Source: an uncultured Gemmatimonadaceae bacterium (GTDB lineage: Bacteria > Gemmatimonadota > Gemmatimonadetes > Gemmatimonadales > Gemmatimonadaceae). Taken from it: 64,000 bases of DNA. Shown piece after piece: positions 1 through 8,966 of this stretch. Every line of letters starts with the position of its first letter. Positions within the stretch are counted from its first letter, which is position 1. The translations under genes and the position numbers were made by a program. Where the stretch lies: NCBI GenBank assembly GCA_963822945.1, contig CAWGJO010000024.1, forward strand, positions 96,001 through 160,000. The letters run 5' to 3'. The notes under the pieces were generated by a model that made no database searches, had not been told where the DNA came from, and worked only from the letters and a program-made list of their open reading frames with translations.

Positions 1-223
1 CCGGCGTGCAGGTGACCAGACAGGAGCGCTGGTGGGGCTGTCCGTCGATCGTCACGCGGCACTCGTAGCAGATGCCCATGCCGCATACCGGCCCGCGAGG
101 CTCGCCCTGCACCGAGGTCCGGAAGCCGGAGATGCCGCAGGTGAGCAACGCCACCGCCACCGAGGTTGCCGCCGGCACGGTGTGCGGCCGCCCATCGATG
201 GTGATCGGAATCCCGCTGCTCAC
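1..223 (-). CDS. (2Fe-2S)-binding subunit of D-hydroxyproline dehydrogenase/HcnA-like family, 3' end truncated by window edge
   Basis: Read by hand, not in ORF track. GTG at 223 overlaps the upstream TGA. Translation MSSGIPITIDGRPHTV...GPVCGMGICYECRVTIDG...RSCLVTC has the CGMGxCxEC..C 2Fe-2S motif. Confidence 0.85.
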   Translation of the reverse strand, partial: MSSGIPITIDGRPHTVPAATSVAVALLTCGISGFRTSVQGEPRGPVCGMGICYECRVTIDGQPHQRSCLVTCTP

Positions 224-1362
224 GCGACCTCCAAAGGCGGCATCGGCCTCTCGGGACGAAAGGGCGCGGCGTCCAATGGGGCGGCGCGGCCCACGATGCC
301 GGCCGCGATGATCGCCGCCGTGCCGGTGGCGGTGGTGATGCCGAGCCCCTCGTGTCCGGCGGCCACCCAGAGGCCCGGCGTCTCCGGCCAGGCACCGATG
401 AGAGGAAGCTTGTCGGGAGTCGCCGGGCGAAAGCCGGTCCATGTGCGGATGGCCAGGCAACTCGCAAGGGCCGGCACGAATTCCACGGCGCGCGCCACCA
501 TATCCCGCACGATCGCCCGATTGATGGTGGCGTCGCGGCCCACGAGCTCACGTGACGAACCGATGAGCACCTGGCCGGTGGCGCGCGGCTGCAGGTTGAA
601 GGCGGTGGAGGCGCCGGCCATGCTGTGCGCGCTGTGCAGATACCCGAGTTCCACCAACTGACTCCGCACGAGTCCCGGATACCGGTCGGTGATCACGAGG
701 TGCCCCTTGCGCGGCACGACGTTGAGTCCCGGCACGAGCGCGGGGGCATCGACGCCGGTGGCGACGACCACCGCGCCGGTGCTGATCGTCTCCGGCGACC
801 CGCCGGCCGCCAGAGTCACGGAGCCGGTGCCGATGTGCGTCACCGACGCGCCGACCCTGACGGTCGCCCCGCGTTCCACCGCGGCGTCGAGCAGCCACCG
901 CGCGGCGTTCGGCGGGTAGAGCACGCGGTCGTCGGGCACGAACAGCGCGCCGGCGAGTCCGCGGCGCAGCCGAGGCTCCGCCCGTGCAAGCGCCGCTTCG
1001 TCCAACACGTCGGCCCGCACCCCCACGCGTTCGCACAGCGCGCGCTTCTCACGCACGGCGTTCATCTCGTCGTCGTTGGCCGCGATCCAGAGCGTGCCCG
1101 GGCGCTCGTCCTCGCAAGCGAGGGGCAGCGTCGGCGCCAGCGCCGTCCAGAGCTGGCGCGACAGCACGGTGAGCGCGAGCTGCGCCGGCGAGTCGTCCAT
1201 GACGACGATGTGGCCCATGCCGGCGGCCGTGGCTCCGGCGCCGGGAAAGTCGGACTCGCATACCAGCACCCGCAGGCGCTCGCGCGCCAGCGCGTGTGCG
1301 CACGCCGCTCCGACGATGCCCGCCCCGACGACCACCACGTCGGGACGCACGGACGGGTTCAT
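220..1362 (-). CDS. FAD-dependent oxidoreductase (DAO family), probable D-hydroxyproline dehydrogenase catalytic subunit
   Basis: VVVVGAGIVG Rossmann motif, GFRP...GHEGLG C-terminal DAO motifs. ATG at 1362 overlaps the upstream stop. Hydroxyproline gene context. Confidence 0.85.
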   Translation of the reverse strand: MNPSVRPDVVVVGAGIVGAACAHALARERLRVLVCESDFPGAGATAAGMGHIVVMDDSPAQLALTVLSRQLWTALAPTLPLACEDERPGTLWIAANDDEMNAVREKRALCERVGVRADVLDEAALARAEPRLRRGLAGALFVPDDRVLYPPNAARWLLDAAVERGATVRVGASVTHIGTGSVTLAAGGSPETISTGAVVVATGVDAPALVPGLNVVPRKGHLVITDRYPGLVRSQLVELGYLHSAHSMAGASTAFNLQPRATGQVLIGSSRELVGRDATINRAIVRDMVARAVEFVPALASCLAIRTWTGFRPATPDKLPLIGAWPETPGLWVAAGHEGLGITTATGTAAIIAAGIVGRAAPLDAAPFRPERPMPPLEVA

Positions 1363-2319
1363 CCGCCCTGCCAGCCGAACCGGAACGGATCGGCAGGGTC
1401 GAAGAACAGCGTGGCGCGTCCCGTGATGAACGCGCGTCCCCGAATGTGCGGCAGGAGCTGTCCGTCGATCTCCTCGAGCCAGCCGGTGAACGTGCTTCCC
1501 GTGATGCTCTCCTGCGTCCACCGTTCGCCCGCCCCGAGCGCGCCGGCGGCGTGCAGCACCGCGAGCTTGGCCGACGTGCCGGTGCCGCAGGGCGAGCGGT
1601 CGTACGCGGCGCCCGGACAGAGCACGAAGTTGCGGCTATCGGCGCCCGCCACCGTCGGGGGCCCGAACAGCTCGATATGATCGATCTCCGCCCCGTCCGC
1701 GCCCGTGATGCCCTGTTCGCCGCAGCGCGTCGCGGACCCGCATGGTCCAACGGGTGAGTTCCGGGACGTTCTCGGCGGTAAGGGGCGGCCCATCGTGGGC
1801 AACGAGGAAGAACCAGTTCCCGCCCCAGGCGACGTCGCCGCGTACGACGCCGACGTCCGGCACGTCCACGGCCACACCAGCGGCGTACCGGTAGGCGGGC
1901 ACGTTGGTGATCGTGACGGCGCCGTCGTCTTCGAGCCGGGCTCGCACCGTGCCCACGGGCGTGTCGAGATGCACCACGCCCGGCCCGATCCGCCCCAGGT
2001 GCTGCAGCGTTCTGACGACGCCGATGGTGCCGTGCCCACACATGCCCAGGTAGCCGACATCGTTGAAGAACACGACGCCGGCGGCGGAGTCCGCGGCCAC
2101 CGGCGGCGTCAGCAGGGCCCCGACGATGGCGTCGTGCCCATGCGGTTCGAGCACCACGCCGCGCCGGAGGTGGTCGGCGCGGCGGCGCATGTCGTCGCGC
2201 CGCTCGGCCATCGTGCTGCCGGCGGGGGTCGGCCATCCGCCGATGACGACGCGGGTGGGCTCGCCCTCGGTGTGTGAATCGACGACGTCGATCTCGATGA
2301 CGGGCCCCTGCGACGTCAT
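1359..2319 (-). CDS. 4-hydroxyproline 2-epimerase (proline racemase family), one frameshift near 1720
   Basis: DSHTEGEPTR and GYLGMCGHG in ORF 1636..2319; DRSPCGTGTSAK in ORF 1359..2060. Both catalytic Cys present; frames join at about 1720. Confidence 0.88.
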
Positions 2320-3221
2320 GCGCGTGGTTGGGGAATGGCGCCCAGCCGTTCGCGAATCAGCGCCAGGGCCGCGGCGCGCTCCTCACCGACCAGTGCGAGG
2401 CGCGGGGGACGAACCCGCTCGCTTCCCTGCCCGACCTCCTGCTGCACGAGCTTGATCAACTGCACGAACTTGGGCACCGTGTCGAGGCGCAGCAGCGGGA
2501 GGAACCAGTGGTAGAGTTCGCGGGCCTCCGCGGCGCGGCCCGCGGTGGCGAGTTCGAACACCCGCACCGATTCATCGGGGAGGGCGTTGACGAGTCCGGC
2601 AATCCAGCCGACGGCGCCCGCCGCGATGCCCTCGACGATGGCGTCGTCGAGGCCGACGAAGACATTGAACCGTTCGCCGTGGCGCTGCACGATCTCGCTC
2701 ACCCGGCGAATGTCCCCGCTCGACTCCTTGACCGCCACCAGGTTCTCATGCCGGGCCAGTTCGCCGAGCTGGGCCGGCGTGATGTCGGTGCCGTACGCGA
2801 TCGGATTGTTGTACAACATGCACGACAGCGGGGTCGCGTCGATGACGGCGCTCAGATGGGCGAGGGTCTCGCGCGCGTCGCCCCGATAGACGTAGGGCGG
2901 CAGCACCATGAGGCCGTCACACCCGATGCGCGCGGCCTCGCGCGCCAGCGCCACGGCATCGGCGGTGGAGAGCGTTCCGATGCCGGCGACGAGGGGCACG
3001 CGCCCGGCCGTCGCCTTCCGGCAGGTGGCCAGCACCTCGAGCTTTTCCGGCGCGCTGAGGGTGGCGCCCTCACCCAGGGACCCGAGCGGGACGATGCCGC
3101 GGACGCCGTGGTCGACGAGCCAGGATACGTGCTGCGCGAGAAAGGCGTGGTCCACCGTGAGATCGTCGCGGAACGGGGTCGTGATCGCGGTGAACACCCC
3201 CGCCCAGTCGTGCCGCTTCAT
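2316..3221 (-). CDS. DapA-family enzyme, probable 1-pyrroline-4-hydroxy-2-carboxylate deaminase
   Basis: GSLGE, LYNNP and KESSGD DapA motifs; located in the hydroxyproline operon. Confidence 0.85.
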   Translation of the reverse strand: MKRHDWAGVFTAITTPFRDDLTVDHAFLAQHVSWLVDHGVRGIVPLGSLGEGATLSAPEKLEVLATCRKATAGRVPLVAGIGTLSTADAVALAREAARIGCDGLMVLPPYVYRGDARETLAHLSAVIDATPLSCMLYNNPIAYGTDITPAQLGELARHENLVAVKESSGDIRRVSEIVQRHGERFNVFVGLDDAIVEGIAAGAVGWIAGLVNALPDESVRVFELATAGRAAEARELYHWFLPLLRLDTVPKFVQLIKLVQQEVGQGSERVRPPRLALVGEERAAALALIRERLGAIPQPRA

Positions 3222-3230
3222 GTCGTGCCC

Positions 3231-4679
3231 TCAGGAATTGATTTGAACGGTCTTGATTTCGGTATAGAACTCGCGGGCCGCCGGCCCCTGTTCGCGACTG
3301 CCCGAGCTGGACCCGCGCATGCCGCCGAAGGGCGCGTGCGGATCGACGCCGGTGGTGTCGCCGTTGACGCGCACGAGGCCGACGTCGATGCGGCGGATGT
3401 AACGCAGCGCGCTCGGAATATCCTTGGTGAACAGCGAAGCGCTGAGCCCGTAGGCCGAGTCGTTGGCCAGCGCGAGCGCATGCTCGAGATCGTCGGCGGT
3501 CAGCCAGGCGAGCACCGGCCCGAACAGTTCCTGCTGCGCCACCGGCGCATCGGGCGAGACGCCACGGACGATGGTCGGCGCCACGAAATACCCGTGCGCA
3601 AACTGGTCGGATCCAGGCACCGGCACCGGGACGATCTGTTCCCCGCCGGCCGCCGCCAGGGCGCGATTGATCGACTGCTGCGAGCGCTCGGTGATCACCG
3701 GGCCGACCGCCGCCCGGGGATCGGTAACCGGACCGAGGGGCAGCCCGGCCACCTGCTCCCGAAGCTTGGCGAGGAAGGCGGTCTCGACCTCCCGCGCCAC
3801 GATCACTCGGCTGGTGGCCGTGCACTTCTGTCCGGCGAATCGCATGGCGCCGGCGGCGGTGAGCGAGGCGGCCTGCGCCAGGTCGGCGTCGGGCAGGACG
3901 ATGGCCACGTTCTTTCCGCCCATCTCGGTCTGATACCGGATATTCCGGCGGGACGCGGCGGCGGCGACCTGCGCGCCGACGGCAACCGACCCCGTGAAGC
4001 TGACCCCGCGCACGGCGGGCGCGTCGAGGAGAACCGGGCCGAGCGCGGCGCCGGATCCGAGCACCACGTTGAACACGCCGGGAGGAAGCCCCGCGGCATG
4101 CGCGCTCTCGGCGAGCAGGGTCGCCACGTGCGCGGATCCCTCGGCTGGCTTGAGCACGACCGTGTTGCCGAACGCCAGCGCGGGCGCTGCCTTCCAGAGC
4201 GGGATCGCGGCCGGGAAGTTCCAGGGGGTGATGAGCAGGACCACGCCGAGCGGTTCACGCAGCGAGAACTGCAGCGCGGCGGCCGTCTGCGCCGGAATGA
4301 CGTCGCCCATGTTGCGCACGGCTTCGCCGGCGTAGTAGCGGAGGATGGCCGTGCAGCGCGCCGCTTCGCCCCGCGCTTCGCCGATCGGCTTCCCCACCTC
4401 GCGGGTCATCGCCTGGGCCAGGTCTTCCTGCCGCTCCGCCATCACGGTCGCCCACTTGTACAGGTGCTCGGCACGCGCCGGGCCCGAGAGCGCGCGCCAG
4501 CCGGCCAGGGCGTGGTCGGCCGCCGTCACGGCGGCCGTGGCATCGTCGGGGGTTCCCCCGGGCACCTGGGCTACGACGTCGCGGGTGTCGGATGGATTGA
4601 GATCGGCGATCCATTCGTCGCCGGTGCCGGGCGTCCAGACGCCCCCGATGTAGTGCGAGAGTTTCAGGGTCGATGTCAT
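3231..4679 (-). CDS. Aldehyde dehydrogenase, probable 2-oxoglutarate semialdehyde dehydrogenase
   Basis: ITPWNFP, FTGS, EMGGKN, GQKCTA, ELFGP motifs. ATG at 4679 overlaps the GntR stop. Confidence 0.88.
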   Translation of the reverse strand: MTSTLKLSHYIGGVWTPGTGDEWIADLNPSDTRDVVAQVPGGTPDDATAAVTAADHALAGWRALSGPARAEHLYKWATVMAERQEDLAQAMTREVGKPIGEARGEAARCTAILRYYAGEAVRNMGDVIPAQTAAALQFSLREPLGVVLLITPWNFPAAIPLWKAAPALAFGNTVVLKPAEGSAHVATLLAESAHAAGLPPGVFNVVLGSGAALGPVLLDAPAVRGVSFTGSVAVGAQVAAAASRRNIRYQTEMGGKNVAIVLPDADLAQAASLTAAGAMRFAGQKCTATSRVIVAREVETAFLAKLREQVAGLPLGPVTDPRAAVGPVITERSQQSINRALAAAGGEQIVPVPVPGSDQFAHGYFVAPTIVRGVSPDAPVAQQELFGPVLAWLTADDLEHALALANDSAYGLSASLFTKDIPSALRYIRRIDVGLVRVNGDTTGVDPHAPFGGMRGSSSGSREQGPAAREFYTEIKTVQINS

Positions 4680-5443
4680 GATGTCTTCGGGCGGCGGCGC
4701 GCCGGCGTCCGGGTGGGCGGCGGCGCGTCTTGATGTTGAGCGTTCAGGAAAGCGAGCAGTGCCTGGCCGGCCCCGAGAATGTGCTGGCGGAGCCTGGCCG
4801 CGGCTCGTTTGACATTGCGCCGGCGAACGGCGGCGATGATCTCCCGGTGCTCGGTGATGGCGCGCTGCTCGCCGTGGGTGAGGGCGAGCTGCATGCGCGA
4901 ATAGCGGTCGGTGTGCTGATGCAGCCGGTGCACGATGCCCATCGTCACGGGGCGATCGGCCGGCGCGTAGAGCGTGGAGTGAAACTTCCAGTTGAGTCCA
5001 CCCCACCCGGCGACCTGTCCGCGTTTGAGCGACGCATCATAGGTATCGAGGACTTCCTCGGCGCGGGCGACCTGCTCCTCGGTCATGTGCGGCATGGCCC
5101 GCTGCAGGAGATCGGTCTCGATGTCGGCCCGCAGTTCGTAGAGTTCCTCGATCTCGGCGAGGGACAGCGTGGAGACGATGGCCCCGCGGTGCGGATTGAA
5201 CGTGACCAGCCCCTCCGCCTCGAGCAGCCTCAGCGCCTCGCGCACCGGAATGCGACTGACGCCCAACTGGTCGGCGATCGCGTCCTGGCGCAGCGGTTCT
5301 CCGGCCGGATAGCCGCCGCGCAGGATCCGCTCGCGGATGGCGTCGCGTGTGAGGCTGGTGACCGTCTGCCGTTCGATGGGGAGATCTTCGGCCCCGGCCG
5401 CGGCAGCGGGAGCCTGGGGACGTCTGGAAGCGCGCCTCGGCAT
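4676..5443 (-). CDS. GntR/FadR-family transcriptional regulator (FCD domain)
   Basis: wHTH LRQDAIADQLGVSRIPVREAL; FCD motifs NWKFH and EHREI. Start taken at MPRRASRR. Confidence 0.9.
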   Translation of the reverse strand: MPRRASRRPQAPAAAAGAEDLPIERQTVTSLTRDAIRERILRGGYPAGEPLRQDAIADQLGVSRIPVREALRLLEAEGLVTFNPHRGAIVSTLSLAEIEELYELRADIETDLLQRAMPHMTEEQVARAEEVLDTYDASLKRGQVAGWGGLNWKFHSTLYAPADRPVTMGIVHRLHQHTDRYSRMQLALTHGEQRAITEHREIIAAVRRRNVKRAAARLRQHILGAGQALLAFLNAQHQDAPPPTRTPARRRPKTS

Positions 5444-5509
5444 GAGCGAACGTCGATGGAGACTCGGGGCCAGGCGGTGACGCGGTCGCGTCGACCCGAC
5501 CGGGGGGAA

Positions 5510-5537
5510 TTGGGCCCGACGATAAGTTGGATACAAT
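5510..5537. promoter_or_regulatory. Candidate GntR operator TTGGATACAA (5527-5536) overlapping divergent promoter elements
   Basis: Near-palindrome, one mismatch from TTGTATACAA, in an AT-rich patch upstream of the GntR gene. Plus strand reads TTGGGC-N16-TACAAT. Confidence 0.55.
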
Positions 5538-5656
5538 ATGCATGATGGACCGGGCCGCCGGAACTGCCCGATCGCCGCCTCGCGACGCCCCTGACGCCGC
5601 CCCCCTCTCCACCAGACGGCCCGACCACGTATTTTCACCTGTCGGCACCGGGCCCC

Positions 5657-6220
5657 GTGCTGGGCCGTGGCGCCGACGAGCACCGTGACATCTTCACCGA
5701 GGGCAATGCCTTGCTTCTTTCGCTGCTGCTGGCCGTCTCCGTGCTTCAGGGCCCGAACCTCTCGTCCGCTCAAGCGGGCACGATCGTACGGGCCGTGGCC
5801 GACTACCTCATCCCGCCAAGCCGCCCCGTCGGCACGCACGGCGTCGTAGGCCGCACCGTCGTGTTCGACCGCGTGCAGAGCACCAAAGCGTTCAAACCCC
5901 TGGTGGGACGACTTGAGGAGCGGGACATGGCGCTCACCCTGCCCTCGCTGGTCCTGCCGCGGGACAAGGCCGTGGTCTGCAAAGCCGGCAAGCGCGACTG
6001 CACGATCACCCGCGACGCCATCTACATCGCGATCGACCGCGTGGCGCGCGGCCGGAACTCCGGGGAGTACCACGTGGTCGCGACCCTGCTGTACGGCGAG
6101 CCGCGTCCCGGCGGCGGCAGCGAACTCAAGGGCGGCACCTATCGCCTCACCGTCGCCCTGCAGGGCAAGAAGTGGAAGCACTGGGAGGTCATCCACTCCG
6201 TGCCGAAGCCGGGTATCTAG
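5657..6220 (+). CDS. Hypothetical secreted protein (true start may be TTG near 5711)
   Basis: Signal-peptide-like LLLSLLLAVSVLQ, coding-like codon use, one Cys pair, no recognisable domain. Confidence 0.65.
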   Translation: MLGRGADEHRDIFTEGNALLLSLLLAVSVLQGPNLSSAQAGTIVRAVADYLIPPSRPVGTHGVVGRTVVFDRVQSTKAFKPLVGRLEERDMALTLPSLVLPRDKAVVCKAGKRDCTITRDAIYIAIDRVARGRNSGEYHVVATLLYGEPRPGGGSELKGGTYRLTVALQGKKWKHWEVIHSVPKPGI

Positions 6221-6391
6221 CCGGGTGCATCCCGCCGCCCGCGCGGGACGGGCGGCGGCCGGGCGGGCACAAAGATGTTGTTGTGCCCGTGGTTCGGCAC
6301 GCGCGCGCCCCGCCTCTCGCCGTCGACCTTGTTAGAGTTCGGATGAAACCGAAGCACGAGACGCGTCATCCGAACGAGATAGGGGACCACG

Positions 6392-7582
6392 ATGCCGAGT
6401 TCGCAGCGCACGATTGCAATTCTCACCGGCGGCGGCGATGTGCCCGGTCTGAATCCGGCCATCCGCGCGATCACCATCCGCGCGCTGCGGGACGGACATC
6501 GGGTGATCGGCATCCGGCACGGGTGGGCGGGGCTCGTGGACTACGTGCCCGACGCGCAGGCCGACAACAGCGAACACGTGCAGGTGCTCACCGAGGCGAT
6601 CGTGAACCGCGCCGGCCGCACCGGCGGCACGTTTCTCCACACCTCGCGCGCCCGGCCCAGCCATCTGCCCCGCGAGCGCGTGCCTGCGCATCTGAGCGGC
6701 TACGATGCGCCGATCAACGACGTCACCAAGGACGTGCTCCGGCATCTGGAGCACATCGGCGTGGACGTGCTCATTCCCATCGGCGGGGACGACACCCTCA
6801 GCTACGCCAAGCGGCTGCACGACGAGGGGGTGAACGTCGTCGCGATCCCGAAGACGATGGACAACGACGTGCACGGCACCGACTACTGCATCGGATTCAG
6901 CACCTGCGTGACCCGCACCATCGAGCTCACGCACCGCCTGCGCACGTCAGCCGGGTCGCACGAGCGGTTCCTCGTGATCGAGGTGTTCGGCCGGTACGCC
7001 GGCTTCACGGCGCTGCTCCCGACGATGGCGGGCGCGGCGGACCGCTGCGTGATCCCGGAACATCCGGTGGACATCGACCGGCTGGCCGAACTCCTCACGC
7101 GGGACCGCAACCGGAACCCGAGCCGCTATGCCGTGGTGCTCGTTTCCGAAGGCGCCCGCCTGGACACGCACGGCGACATGACCTTCGCGAGCGAGGAGGC
7201 GGACATGTTCGGCCACCGCAAGCTCGGGGGCATCGGCGACCAGGTGGGATCGGCGCTCAAGGCCGCGTCGGCACGGTACAACAACGGCCGCCGGATCGAG
7301 GTCGTGAGCCAGCGGCTCGGCTATCTCGTGCGCTCCGGCGAGCCGGACGCGCTCGATTCGATCGTGCCGATGGCGTTCGGCAATCTGGCCATCGATCTGA
7401 TCATGAAGAAGCAGTACGGCCGGCTGGTGAGCATCCACCGCGGGTTCTACGACAGCGTGCCGATGGCGAGCGTGACGTCGGCAAAGAAGGTCGTGACCGT
7501 GCCGAAGTACTACGACACGGACCGCCTGCGCCCCATCTACAACTTCGACGGGGCGCCGCTGTTCATCATGACGAGCGACTGA
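6392..7582 (+). CDS. pfp: 6-phosphofructokinase (PfkA family), probably PPi-dependent
   Basis: LTGGGDVPGLN, GGDDT, PKTMDND, EVFGR motifs; AGGGG RBS upstream. Confidence 0.88.
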   Translation: MPSSQRTIAILTGGGDVPGLNPAIRAITIRALRDGHRVIGIRHGWAGLVDYVPDAQADNSEHVQVLTEAIVNRAGRTGGTFLHTSRARPSHLPRERVPAHLSGYDAPINDVTKDVLRHLEHIGVDVLIPIGGDDTLSYAKRLHDEGVNVVAIPKTMDNDVHGTDYCIGFSTCVTRTIELTHRLRTSAGSHERFLVIEVFGRYAGFTALLPTMAGAADRCVIPEHPVDIDRLAELLTRDRNRNPSRYAVVLVSEGARLDTHGDMTFASEEADMFGHRKLGGIGDQVGSALKAASARYNNGRRIEVVSQRLGYLVRSGEPDALDSIVPMAFGNLAIDLIMKKQYGRLVSIHRGFYDSVPMASVTSAKKVVTVPKYYDTDRLRPIYNFDGAPLFIMTSD

Positions 7583-7592
7583 CCGCCGCCCG

Positions 7593-8024
7593 CTACGGCT
7601 TGACCCCCTGGTGGTTCACGGCCCACACATAGGCGGCCACGTCCCGCGCGGCCTGATCGCTGATGCCGTTGGGTCGCGCCAGCATGGCGGTGGCCGGCAC
7701 TCCCTTCTCGATCACGCGCAGGATCTCGGCGTACGTCCCGCCCTTGGCGGCGAGCCACGGCTTGCCCTTCTTGTCGAGCGGCGGCGCGATGGCCGAGCCC
7801 TGCAACTGAAGCCCGTGGCAGGCCAGGCAACCGCCCTGCCCGTGGAAGACGGCCCGTCCGGCATCGATGGCCTTGGTCGTGACGTCGCTGCCGTCCGTGC
7901 CGGTCGTGTCGGGGCGCACGGCGGCCGTATCGACGGGCGCACGGCGGTGCGTCGTGGCGCCCACGCTCGCCACGAGGGCGACGGCGATTGCGGCTCGCTG
8001 GAGCATTCGGAATTCGCGCATCAT
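7593..8024 (-). CDS. Monoheme cytochrome c, exported
   Basis: Signal peptide, CLACH, distal Met (TAMLA). ATGA overlap with the upstream gene. Confidence 0.85.
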   Translation of the reverse strand: MMREFRMLQRAAIAVALVASVGATTHRRAPVDTAAVRPDTTGTDGSDVTTKAIDAGRAVFHGQGGCLACHGLQLQGSAIAPPLDKKGKPWLAAKGGTYAEILRVIEKGVPATAMLARPNGISDQAARDVAAYVWAVNHQGVKP

Positions 8025-8953
8025 TGGGATCCTCCCTGTGGAGTGCCGGCCGAGCCAGGCGCGGGGTGCGCCGGCACGGGAGTGAGTTTGACCATCTCGG
8101 CGTGGAACGCACGCCACTGCGCGGCGTCGAGCAGCGCGACGCCGGCTGCGAATCCGTTGTCCGGCGGTCCCGCCATGGCCACGCGCGCGAAGGTCTCGAC
8201 GCTCGTACGCCAGCCGGGCGTCTGGGCCAGCACCTGGGCGGCGCGCTGCGCATTCCCGACCAGCCGTCGCCGCAGCATCGCCGGTCTACTGGAATCGGCG
8301 GGCGACGGGAGCGCGACGGCGCCCGGCGCCGAGAACTCGGCCGCCATGTGGAGCATGACGGTGGGCACCGCCACCTTGTTCGGCGCCCGCGGGCCCTCGG
8401 ACAGGTGATACTTGGCGTCCACCTTGGCGATCTCGGCAGCGATGTCGTCGTGATGGTCGAAGTGGCCCAGCGACTGCACGTAGTGGGCGACCGCAAAGCG
8501 GTCGGCGGGCGGGAGGGCATCGAAGGCGGCCATCCCGGTGCCTTTGATTCCGTCGGTGAGCGTGGTGTAGATGTCGGCGATCGTGTAGCCCACGGTCCAA
8601 CCCTTTGGGCTGGTGAGATTGCGCGGACGTGGGGTGAGCGCCACGGCTGCGGCGCCGTCTCCCTTGCCGGCGGCGCCATGGCAGACCACGCAGTCCGTGT
8701 TGAAGAGTTGCTTGCCCTGGGCCAAGGCCTGCGGCGTGACCGTGAAGAGCTGTTTGAGGTCGAGGCCGGGAGCCGGCTTCCCGATGACCGTCGGGAAGAT
8801 CGTGGGATCGGAGTCGGCACGTGTCGGCGGCTGGTACTTCAGTCGCGGTGCTTCACGTCCCTGCAGCACCGTGTTGCCGCCGGCGATGACCAGGCCGAGC
8901 GTGATGAGCGCGCTCCCGACCACCATCGCGATGCGTTTGGATTGATAAGGCAT
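8021..8953 (-). CDS. Membrane-anchored monoheme cytochrome c with C-terminal extension
   Basis: N-terminal TM helix, CVVCH, PRPRNLT, GTGMAAF. Confidence 0.85.
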   Translation of the reverse strand: MPYQSKRIAMVVGSALITLGLVIAGGNTVLQGREAPRLKYQPPTRADSDPTIFPTVIGKPAPGLDLKQLFTVTPQALAQGKQLFNTDCVVCHGAAGKGDGAAAVALTPRPRNLTSPKGWTVGYTIADIYTTLTDGIKGTGMAAFDALPPADRFAVAHYVQSLGHFDHHDDIAAEIAKVDAKYHLSEGPRAPNKVAVPTVMLHMAAEFSAPGAVALPSPADSSRPAMLRRRLVGNAQRAAQVLAQTPGWRTSVETFARVAMAGPPDNGFAAGVALLDAAQWRAFHAEMVKLTPVPAHPAPGSAGTPQGGSQ

Positions 8954-8966
8954 ACGGGGGGTCCTC

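Noticed and set aside
1..1362. Hydrogen cyanide synthase hcnABC
   Set aside because: Same protein families, but the epimerase/DapA/ALDH context indicates D-hydroxyproline dehydrogenase.
6232..6258. 10-bp GC hairpin after the secreted-protein gene as a terminator
   Set aside because: No U tract, and such stems arise easily at this GC content.
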